This document shows positions 9,305 through 16,372 of a DNA stretch of 51,909 nt, one piece after another. Numbering within the stretch: the first letter of the stretch is position 1; each line of letters begins with the position of its first letter. Position numbers and translations under genes: made by a program. The notes beneath the pieces were generated by a model that did not search any database, was not told the origin of the DNA, and saw only the letters and a list, made by a program, of their open reading frames with translations. Origin of the DNA: a virus (lineage: Duplodnaviria; Caudoviricetes); the IMG/VR virus record IMGVR_UViG_3300025965_000001, positions 1-51,909 of that record. One strand, given 5' to 3'.

Positions 9305-9642
9305 TGTTGCTCGTCCGGGGCGCCGGCTTTCTAGAAAAGCCCAAGCTAGTCAAAGTGTACAGGTGCAAAGTGCATAACAGTGTGGGCGAGGTGTGCGGTG
9401 CCAGGTGTACTGATATGCCTGAGCACCTACGCTGGCATGTGAGGATAGCGGCCAATGCGCGGGTGGCGTGGTGCCATGCAGGTGGGCATGAGTATCTGAA
9501 GGGAGCAAACTCGCTGTCAACGCTGTCTTGTCAATATCATATTCCAAAGAAGAAAGCACAAAATGAACGTGGCAAGAGGATGATGTCGGCTGGGGTAGAA
9601 AAGACAGAGAGCATAAGGCAGAGAAAGACAACTAGCATATAG
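9295..9642 (+). CDS. Hypothetical Cys/His-rich protein
   Basis: YRCKVH...VCG...HLRWH zinc-finger-like pattern. Confidence 0.45.
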   Translation: MDMMLLVRGAGFLEKPKLVKVYRCKVHNSVGEVCGARCTDMPEHLRWHVRIAANARVAWCHAGGHEYLKGANSLSTLSCQYHIPKKKAQNERGKRMMSAGVEKTESIRQRKTTSI

Positions 9643-9652
9643 CTTATGGCAT

Positions 9653-9994
9653 ATGGCTTATAGACGGACACGGAACAAGTACGGCAACGTCAAGGTAGAG
9701 ATTGACGGTTACAAGTTTGACAGCAAGGCGGAGGCGCGGCGCTATGGCGAGCTGAAGCTTCTCAAGGTAGCCGAGTTAGAGGTGCATCCGAAGTATCCGA
9801 TTATGATGCGCGGCCTTAAGGTGTGCGATGTCATTCTAGATTTTGAGTATAGCGATGAGACGGGCATGCACTACGAGGACGTGAAATCTAAGGGAACAGA
9901 TACGGCCATTTCCAGATTAAAGCGCCGCATGGTGTCTGCTGCATACGGAATAACTGTTGACGTTATTTACAATGAAAAAAAACCGCGTCACTAA
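9653..9994 (+). CDS. DUF1064-family PD-(D/E)XK endonuclease (putative resolvase)
   Basis: RNKYGNVKVEIDGYKFDSKAEARRY...DFEY...EDVKS. Confidence 0.88.
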   Translation: MAYRRTRNKYGNVKVEIDGYKFDSKAEARRYGELKLLKVAELEVHPKYPIMMRGLKVCDVILDFEYSDETGMHYEDVKSKGTDTAISRLKRRMVSAAYGITVDVIYNEKKPRH

Positions 9995-10649
9995 AAGCTG
10001 TAAAGTTTGTGGGATCACATTTGAGGTAACGAGATCACTGGCGCACTGTTACTCAACGTGTTCCAAACTATGCAGTTTAAAGTACAGATCCGCTTGTCAC
10101 ACTGGTCGAAAGATTTTTTGGGCTGATAAAATCAGACAAGCGCAACTGGGTAAAAAATGGACTGATTTTACGCCCGAATACTGTAGGAATATGCGAGAAA
10201 TAGCTTTAGTACGAGGCTATGGACAATGGATGAAAGGGAAGACTCTTTCAGTTGAAACTAAACAGAAAATTAAGGCTAGTCAGTTAGGGCACAAGCGGCG
10301 CGGGTGGAAATTTTCTGAAGAAACTCGACGCAGAATGAGCGATAGAGCGAGGAAAGGTGATAAATGCAATCTTTGGAAGGGTGGGGTGTGCCCGATTAAT
10401 GCAAAAATCCGTTCATCGTTTGAGTATAAGGCTTGGCGCACCAGGGTATTTCAACGGGATGATTATACGTGCCGAATATGTGGCATTCGAGGCGGAAAAT
10501 TGCACGCGGATCATATTTTGCCTTTTGCGAGGTATCCGGAACTAAGATTGGAATTAGATAATGGTAGGACTCTTTGCGTACCGTGTCACAAAGAAACTCC
10601 GACATACTTAAATTCATTCAAAAAAAACAATGTTCCCGTTTTAGCCTGA
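9972..10649 (+). CDS. NUMOD3-HNH homing endonuclease
   Basis: SVETKQKI/SEETRRRMS NUMOD3 repeats; LWKGG; RDDYTCRICG...HADHI...NGRTLCVPCH. Confidence 0.9.
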   Translation: MKKNRVTKSCKVCGITFEVTRSLAHCYSTCSKLCSLKYRSACHTGRKIFWADKIRQAQLGKKWTDFTPEYCRNMREIALVRGYGQWMKGKTLSVETKQKIKASQLGHKRRGWKFSEETRRRMSDRARKGDKCNLWKGGVCPINAKIRSSFEYKAWRTRVFQRDDYTCRICGIRGGKLHADHILPFARYPELRLELDNGRTLCVPCHKETPTYLNSFKKNNVPVLA

Positions 10650-10697
10650 CTATATAGCAATGGCGAAGGTGAGGGCGGCACAGATGGGGTTACCGGT

Positions 10698-10883
10698 ATG
10701 ACTAAACAACAGCAAGCACTTGCCAAGGAAATAATTGAACTAGAGGAAGGCATTAAACGAGCATTAAAGCATCTACGTTACGCTTCTCCCCGTAATGGGC
10801 CAATCATTAAGGCTATTAGCATTCTGGAGCATACATTAGTAGACAAGCGAGGAACTTGGGATGATGAGATTGAGAATTTTTGA
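10698..10883 (+). CDS. Hypothetical protein
   Basis: ORF, helical pattern. Confidence 0.45.
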   Translation: MTKQQQALAKEIIELEEGIKRALKHLRYASPRNGPIIKAISILEHTLVDKRGTWDDEIENF

Positions 10884-11058
10884 TTGGGGGACGCGATGGT
10901 TTTGGGTAGTGATCTTCTATAAGCCCCATATTTACGGGGAAGCCTATTTTACGATTGAGATTTTTAATCCCTCGAAACGGATGAGGTGGTTTCACTTTTG
11001 GCAATGGGAGCCATTTCCAGACAAGGGGGGAGAAGAAATTATTAATATGGCGAATTGA
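10861..11058 (+). CDS. Hypothetical aromatic-rich protein
   Basis: ORF overlapping its neighbours. Confidence 0.4.
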   Translation: MMRLRIFDWGTRWFWVVIFYKPHIYGEAYFTIEIFNPSKRMRWFHFWQWEPFPDKGGEEIINMAN

Positions 11059-11195
11059 TGGCTACAAAAAAGACTACTAGCCCTTCGGCACTTTATGCAG
11101 CCATTTACCGAGCAGAAGTCGAATACTCGGCTTTTCTCAGGGCTAAGAAGAAAAAGAAGAAACGCAAGCCTGTACCTCCAGTACGTAAGGGCTAG
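11058..11195 (+). CDS. Small basic protein (45 aa)
   Basis: Own translation MATKKTTSPSALYAAIYRAEVEYSAFLRAKKKKKKRK...; TGATG coupling. Confidence 0.4.
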   Translation: MATKKTTSPSALYAAIYRAEVEYSAFLRAKKKKKKRKPVPPVRKG

Positions 11196-11278
11196 GCATG
11201 TGGGAATATTACATAACGGTAAGCGATGCGAGCACAGCGGCGGCTGAGGAGGCGGCAGAGATAGTCAAGCGTTCGTTG

Positions 11279-11300
11279 CCCTTCGATTTCCCTCAGGGTA
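11279..11300. repeat. 22-bp inverted repeat, left arm (partner at 16213-16234)
   Basis: CCCTTCGATTTCCCTCAGGGTA is the exact reverse complement of TACCCTGAGGGAAATCGAAGGG. Confidence 0.9.
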
Positions 11301-11318
11301 GTGAGGCACTCGAACTAC

Positions 11319-12992
11319 CTACCCGTAACTCCCCGTCCTTTTCTTACGTGTCCCCTGCATCGGAGAAAGTCCCTGCCGAAGAGTAGAGAATCTCAAATTT
11401 GCATTGGCCAGGTAGTCTAGCATGCGCGGGTAATCGTTCTCTTTATCAACTGGAATACCTTTTACGTCATGAGTCAAGTCGCCCTTTCCTCCCCACTCGC
11501 TCCAGACATACTCGCGCATCTGCTTGATGAAATGGCGGCAGTGGTTGAAGACTAGGAGCCTGGGAGACTTCGACCGCGGATCGGGCTTGAGCATTTCCCG
11601 GACCCGCTTATGTCCTACCTCAAAAGAATCTGAAGCAAGAGCACAGCGCAAGCCAACAGCATCAAACTCGCTACGTACCGTGATGTGACGCTTACCAGCT
11701 GAGTGAGCCGGGCTCCCTGCCATACGAGGATCGATATATCTCGCAACCACATCAATATGTAAATTGTGCTCCCAAGCAAGAACGCGATCACGCACAGTGG
11801 CAGGATCACCGTCTACCTCCATTTCGTTTAAAACATACCAGTCATCGGCGGGATCGATCGCTACCCACATGCACATGTTAGGCTTACGAGGATGGGGGTC
11901 GATAAAGAAGGCAACGGGCCAGCGATAGGCCGCCTCGAACGGCTCAATAACGTGGTTGAACGAGGTGACATTCTGTTGCTCGCAGGTAACGCATTTCCCA
12001 TTATTGAGAATGACTACGCTATTGCAGGTGAAGCAGTAATTGCGCGCGGTATTGGTGAACAGCGGATAAATACGCCCGCTAAGGTGGATAAACGCCCCGT
12101 GTAATCTGACCTCTCTTTGCTCAGGTGATAATCCCTTGCTTACTTCCTCAATTGATTTAGCGTCTAGGATTTTGTTTTCTTCGGTGAACAGGTTGATCGA
12201 GGTAACACCTGGGTCTTTCTCCGGCCCGTCAAGGCCCTTCTCAAATAGGGAATAGATCCATGAGCCGCGCATGGCTCGGCCAACCTCGTCTGGCGGCGTA
12301 AATCCCGAGTACACCTGCCCGCCCGTGTCCATGGTGCGGATTAGGTTCTCACGGTACATGGAGGCATCCGGCGCCTCATCGAAGATAACGCGGTGAAGAG
12401 ATGTGCCGCTCTGGTCCTGTGTCTCCTGATCGTATGACATGATCTGCAAGGTACAGCCGCAGGTGAGGGTCAAGGTGCGCTCTTTCTCCGACCAGCTATC
12501 CTCCCACTTGCCACGCTTTAAGAACCGCTGTGGTATCCAGCCCCAGTGACCGAATTGACCTCCTGGCTTACCCCTGCCATTCCATACCCACCATTGGAGC
12601 TTGGGACGTATCACGGGAGCCCAGGTGTTGGTTAATGATTCACATACTAAACGATATCTACCCGGACAGTGGATCTTCTCTTTCGGATACACGTCTTTAA
12701 GGGAATACGGGATTATGCCGGTCATGGAAATGACAAGATCGAGGAGATTCGAGTCTGTCTTTGAGCTGCGGTTCCCGCCTACTGCCAAAACCTCTTTGGT
12801 GGTTGCCATGTGGATGCCAATGGCTTTGGGATTGACAACCTCTGCGAGCTCTAGCTGCTGTACTTGTTTGATCTGTGAGCGTGTCTCTAAGACTTCGTTG
12901 GCTAGCTTCTCAAGGTCTTCGAGCGTGTAGTGCTTGAATGTGTCCTTGGTGATCGGGGCGCCGGAGCTGAGCAAGTCTTGGAGGGTGGACAT
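11319..12992 (-). CDS. terL: Terminase large subunit
   Basis: Walker A AVGGNRSSKT, Walker B RVIFDE, coupling motif FTP, REVRLHGAF, nuclease FIDPH and C-terminal ND...D. Confidence 0.92.
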   Translation of the reverse strand: MSTLQDLLSSGAPITKDTFKHYTLEDLEKLANEVLETRSQIKQVQQLELAEVVNPKAIGIHMATTKEVLAVGGNRSSKTDSNLLDLVISMTGIIPYSLKDVYPKEKIHCPGRYRLVCESLTNTWAPVIRPKLQWWVWNGRGKPGGQFGHWGWIPQRFLKRGKWEDSWSEKERTLTLTCGCTLQIMSYDQETQDQSGTSLHRVIFDEAPDASMYRENLIRTMDTGGQVYSGFTPPDEVGRAMRGSWIYSLFEKGLDGPEKDPGVTSINLFTEENKILDAKSIEEVSKGLSPEQREVRLHGAFIHLSGRIYPLFTNTARNYCFTCNSVVILNNGKCVTCEQQNVTSFNHVIEPFEAAYRWPVAFFIDPHPRKPNMCMWVAIDPADDWYVLNEMEVDGDPATVRDRVLAWEHNLHIDVVARYIDPRMAGSPAHSAGKRHITVRSEFDAVGLRCALASDSFEVGHKRVREMLKPDPRSKSPRLLVFNHCRHFIKQMREYVWSEWGGKGDLTHDVKGIPVDKENDYPRMLDYLANANLRFSTLRQGLSPMQGTRKKRTGSYG

Positions 12993-13000
12993 GCAAGATC

Positions 13001-13034
13001 AGTATAGACACAAACGGGTGTAATGTGCTAGGAT
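13001..13034. promoter_or_regulatory. Overlapping divergent promoters for terL (minus) and the replication gene (plus)
   Basis: Minus: TATACT (13006-13001) 8 nt before the terL ATG. Plus: TAGACA(13005)-N18-TAGGAT with extended TG. Confidence 0.5.
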
Positions 13035-13047
13035 ATTACCAATCGTG

Positions 13048-13160
13048 AAGGTTATGCACGTAACCTTACAAATCTTTAAAGTTCAGAAAGCATGGCCCAA
13101 GCCTACCGCCCCGGTTGAGCTATGCGAGCGTGCACTCGCGGGCTATGCTTTGTGAGCTTT
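13048..13160 (+). ncRNA. Candidate structured 5' leader RNA of the replication gene
   Basis: Hairpin AAGGTTA/TAACCTT (loop TGCACG); long stem AAAGCATGGCCC/GGGCTATGCTTT enclosing hairpin GCGAG/CTCGC (loop CGTGCA). Confidence 0.55.
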
Positions 13161-13164
13161 TGAA

Positions 13165-13914
13165 GTGAGCGATCTACCTTGGATGAAGTTCTATCCTGCC
13201 GACTGGCTACAAGATACTCGTTGTCTAACTAAAGAAGCGCGCGCCGTTTGGATTGACCTCATTTGTCAGATGTGGGTATCGCCAAGACGCGGCAAACTGA
13301 AATGGACTCAAGCGCAATTTAATTCGTTCATCGGTGCTGAGACAGACCCTGAGTTTTCAACGAACATTTGGAATCAATTAGCACAAAGTTGTGTCGGAAA
13401 TTTCCAAATTTCAGGTGATTTTTTGTTCATATCTTGTCGCAGGATGATTAAAGAAGAACATAAACGAAATCAAGTATATAGGCGAGTGAAACGCTTTCGT
13501 AACGCTAATGTAACGCAAAATAAACGCATAAGAGGTCAGAAGTCAGATATCAGAAGTCAGATATCAGATAAGAAAGAAGAAGATACGTCGGACGCTAACG
13601 CATCCGACCCGTGTCCATCGGTTAAGGAATTTACGGAATCATGGAATCAGTTGTTTAAGGGACAGTTGTCTTTAATCGAATTGCCACTTAGCCGCGATAG
13701 AGAACGAAGATTGAAGTTGCGCCTTGCGGAGCACCCTAGTACGCAGTATTGGGAAGAGGTTTTTGGCGCAATAGATTCGAGCCCATTCTTGTTAGGCAAA
13801 ACTGACAGTAAGAATGGACATCAAGGGTGGCGCTGCACGTTTGATTTTTTAATTGCCAACAGTACTAATTGTGTTAAAATTCATGAGGGACAATATGAAA
13901 AAAAAGGTAACTAG
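13165..13914 (+). CDS. Replication initiator-like protein (YdaU/DUF1376-type N-terminus)
   Basis: LPWMKFYPADWLQDT...ARAVWIDLICQMW; low-complexity linker; C-terminal SPFLLG...GWRCTFDFLI...KIHEGQY. Confidence 0.85.
   Translation: MSDLPWMKFYPADWLQDTRCLTKEARAVWIDLICQMWVSPRRGKLKWTQAQFNSFIGAETDPEFSTNIWNQLAQSCVGNFQISGDFLFISCRRMIKEEHKRNQVYRRVKRFRNANVTQNKRIRGQKSDIRSQISDKKEEDTSDANASDPCPSVKEFTESWNQLFKGQLSLIELPLSRDRERRLKLRLAEHPSTQYWEEVFGAIDSSPFLLGKTDSKNGHQGWRCTFDFLIANSTNCVKIHEGQYEKKGN
13490..13570 (+). repeat. Putative origin iterons inside the replication gene
   Basis: AACGC at 13490, 13501, 13512, 13523 (11-bp period), then five tandem 7-mers TCAGA(AG/TA) at 13536-13570. Confidence 0.6.
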
Positions 13915-14317
13915 ACTTAGCGATATCAAGAGAACGCCGTGTAGCGGTGGCAATTCTTTTGATTGCAAGGTGATAACGAACAACAAGGGGGTTGAGGCTG
14001 GCGAACTTAAGGCCGGCGAGCATTATCAGGGATTTCGGAAGTCGTGCTATCGCTGCGGAACTTATCTCGGCTGCTCTGTCTGTGCACAGAACGATAGTGA
14101 GCTTATTTGCCTTAATTGCGATTCGGACCTGAACCCGCCCGGCAATTGGGGCACGAAGCGAGCCATGCGCAAACATGGGCGTATAATCCGTGACCCAGAA
14201 GTGGCTAAGGAGGCCTGGAAGATTGTCAAGATGCGCGAGAATGGGCAGATAAATCAACAAGAACAGGACAAGCTATTCGCTGACCTGGGTAGAGTAACGG
14301 GCTATAATTTTTCTTGA
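13895..14317 (+). CDS. Zinc-finger hypothetical protein downstream of rep
   Basis: GAGGGA RBS; three CxxC pairs. Confidence 0.6.
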   Translation: MKKKVTRLSDIKRTPCSGGNSFDCKVITNNKGVEAGELKAGEHYQGFRKSCYRCGTYLGCSVCAQNDSELICLNCDSDLNPPGNWGTKRAMRKHGRIIRDPEVAKEAWKIVKMRENGQINQQEQDKLFADLGRVTGYNFS

Positions 14318-14362
14318 CTTATCAACAGCATATAGTTTAATAGGTTTAATCGTGATATTCCC

Positions 14363-14599
14363 ATGGGCAACGCATACGACAGAACAACGGTCAAATGCCG
14401 TAACTGCTGGATCGACATGGAAGAGCTGTCAGATCACTGGTGGTGTAACCGATGTGGACTATCCTGGACCAAGCCCGATACTAAGTTCGGTGAACTCCGA
14501 GTAGTGAGCGGTGGCCGTTCGACTGGGCTCACGGCAGGGAAGACTCGCATACGTGCTAAACAGAATCTTTTACGAATGGAGGATGAAACAAGTGGCTAA
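14363..14599 (+). CDS. Small zinc-ribbon protein
   Basis: CRNC...WCNRCG. Confidence 0.55.
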   Translation: MGNAYDRTTVKCRNCWIDMEELSDHWWCNRCGLSWTKPDTKFGELRVVSGGRSTGLTAGKTRIRAKQNLLRMEDETSG

Positions 14600-14631
14600 G
14601 AAGAAGAAATCTAAGAAGCCGGTGAAGTGAG

Positions 14632-15114
14632 TTGGGACAAGGCGTTTCAGTCAATCCCGTCAAAGCTGCACTCGCTATGAATTATGGTGATGCAGGTATG
14701 TCGAGCCCGCAGGTGGCCGAGATAGTGGGGATCCCCGCTAGAACAGTCCGGGATATCGTTTCCAGACATGGGCATTGGGGCGAAATGGCGGAGAGACCAG
14801 TTTTTGCCCAGTTGCGCCTTGAGCAAAAACAGCATCTTGAAGCTGCGAGTCGATATTTATCCTCACAATGTCTCATCCACGTCGAAGAAAACCTACATAA
14901 ATGCAGTAGTTACCAAGCTGCGGGGATCTACGGCCTACTCCGCACTCACGAGCGTTTAGACGCGGGAGAGGCCACAACTAACGTGGCCGTTCACGCTGAG
15001 GTTGAGGTCCGCGGGCTGGATCAGCTCGCCGCGGCGTTGAGTGAGGCGATCCTGGAGCGCAAGGAATCAAACAACGTACCTGCCAGTACAACCAACCATA
15101 AATCAAGTACTTAG
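14632..15114 (+). CDS. Putative terminase small subunit
   Basis: N-terminal HTH (GMSSPQVAEIVGIPARTVRDIV), helical core, RLDAGEATTNVAV C-terminal motif. Confidence 0.65.
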   Translation: MGQGVSVNPVKAALAMNYGDAGMSSPQVAEIVGIPARTVRDIVSRHGHWGEMAERPVFAQLRLEQKQHLEAASRYLSSQCLIHVEENLHKCSSYQAAGIYGLLRTHERLDAGEATTNVAVHAEVEVRGLDQLAAALSEAILERKESNNVPASTTNHKSST

Positions 15115-15177
15115 CTTGCCATAGTTTACATAATACAGCTTATACGACATTGTGTCTTGATATATATCAAGCACTTA
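15101..15177. promoter_or_regulatory. Two IHF-consensus boxes flanking the dif-like site
   Basis: AATCAAGTACTTA (15101-15113) and TATCAAGCACTTA (15165-15177) match WATCAANNNNTTR. Confidence 0.55.
15123..15150 (-). other. dif: dif-like XerC/XerD recombination site
   Basis: Minus strand ATGTCGTATAA-GCTGTA-TTATGTAAACT: 11-6-11 layout resembling E. coli dif GGTGCGCATAA-TGTATA-TTATGTTAAAT. Confidence 0.78.
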
Positions 15178-15446
15178 CGTGTTGTTGCACATTATCAAGC
15201 ACACTGCCTTAGATAATTAGGCACGTGGCTTGGGCATGTGGTTTGGTGTATATAGCACAGTGTTTGAGTGTGTAATGTGGCGTGTAGTCAGGTAGTTGCG
15301 TGCTGCTGTGTGTGTGGTGGGCGTGGCATGGCTGCGCTGAGATCGGTTTGGCCCGCCCCCCTACCCCCGCTTGGGCTTAAGATTCCCCCCGTCAGACACC
15401 GCAACGATAAAAGTTCCTTTTTCTGCGCCAAAACAACAAAAGAGCC

Positions 15447-15504
15447 TTGACAACCATTTAGCACTGTGCTACCAGTACAACTGTACAACAAGTACAAACG
15501 GAGG
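15447..15504 (+). promoter_or_regulatory. Promoter with three GTACAA direct repeats (possible RHH operator)
   Basis: TTGACA(15447)-N17-TACCAG; GTACAA at 15475, 15483, 15492; GGAGG RBS. Confidence 0.55.
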
Positions 15505-15514
15505 TTTAGTTGAG

Positions 15515-15880
15515 ATGGATATAAAGGTTCATGTTGATGTAGAGCGGCAACTTTGGAAGGATGTGCAGATACATTGTATTCAGCAAGAGGTATCGATTCG
15601 GAGTTTTGTTGAGGAGGCGCTGTTGTACAAGTTGAACAGCGGTACGATAGAGCAGCCGTTTGTAAGGGTATCGGTATCCAACACTCCGCCCGAGCCGCCT
15701 CAGCTGAAAACCGGTGAGTTAACGAAAGAGGAGCTATTGGCCGCTGAGGCTCGACGCAAAGAGAAAGCTGCTGCGGTGCAGAGGCCCAAGGAGCCCGAGC
15801 CTATCTCCGAGGTAGTAGACAAGCCCAAGTTTAACCCTTACAAGCTGGGGGCGACTGCCACTCATTTCAAGAAGGAGTGA
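15515..15880 (+). CDS. Ribbon-helix-helix DNA-binding protein with disordered tail
   Basis: IKVHVDVERQLWKDVQIHCIQQEVSIRSFVEEAL fits the RHH pattern. Confidence 0.7.
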   Translation: MDIKVHVDVERQLWKDVQIHCIQQEVSIRSFVEEALLYKLNSGTIEQPFVRVSVSNTPPEPPQLKTGELTKEELLAAEARRKEKAAAVQRPKEPEPISEVVDKPKFNPYKLGATATHFKKE

Positions 15881-15883
15881 GCC

Positions 15884-16084
15884 ATGGGAAGGGTACGGGT
15901 AATAGTGAGGCTGGACAGCGATTTGGTGAAGGCGTCTCGCGCTCACTGTGTTAAGGAGCGTGCGCATTGGCCTAAATTTGTCGGTGAAGCGATTGCGGAG
16001 AAGTTGCACAGGTTTAAGGTTCACAAGGAGCGGGATCTGGCGTGGAAGAGGTTTTTGAAGTCTAGGAACCAAAGCGCAGGGTGA
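15884..16084 (+). CDS. Ribbon-helix-helix DNA-binding protein
   Basis: RVRVIVRLDSDLVK...FVGEAIAEKL; AAGGAG RBS. Confidence 0.68.
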   Translation: MGRVRVIVRLDSDLVKASRAHCVKERAHWPKFVGEAIAEKLHRFKVHKERDLAWKRFLKSRNQSAG

Positions 16085-16085
16085 G

Positions 16086-16220
16086 ATGATGTCACCTTCT
16101 CACATTCTTTTATTTGCGGTGTTTATCTTACTGACGCTCTTTTATCCGTGGTTGTGGGTGGAGTGGCTGGTGTTTTATGTGTTGTTGGAGTGGCTGGACT
16201 CGCCAAAGGGTTTACCCTGA
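16086..16220 (+). CDS. Small membrane peptide (44 aa)
   Basis: Own translation MMSPSHILLFAVFILLTLFYPWLWVEWLVFYVLLEWLDSPKGLP. Confidence 0.4.
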   Translation: MMSPSHILLFAVFILLTLFYPWLWVEWLVFYVLLEWLDSPKGLP

Positions 16221-16234
16221 GGGAAATCGAAGGG
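16213..16234. repeat. 22-bp inverted repeat, right arm (partner at 11279-11300)
   Basis: Exact reverse complement of the left arm. Confidence 0.9.
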
Positions 16235-16241
16235 AGTGAGG

Positions 16242-16328
16242 ATGCGATTCTTAACTTTGCTTGTTTTCTTACTGGCCATGTTTTTTCTCTGGGTTTACTT
16301 TTTACCGCAGATTGGGGGTCCGAGTTGA
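16242..16328 (+). CDS. Small membrane peptide (28 aa)
   Basis: Own translation MRFLTLLVFLLAMFFLWVYFLPQIGGPS; AGGGAG RBS. Confidence 0.4.
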   Translation: MRFLTLLVFLLAMFFLWVYFLPQIGGPS

Positions 16329-16372
16329 ATAATTCCTTTTCTTTGTTCTCTTACTAGCGTATTCTGCCTGTC

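Noticed and set aside
11198-11386. 62-aa plus-strand ORF
   Set aside because: It overlaps the terL 3' end convergently and spans the repeat arm; no motif supports it.
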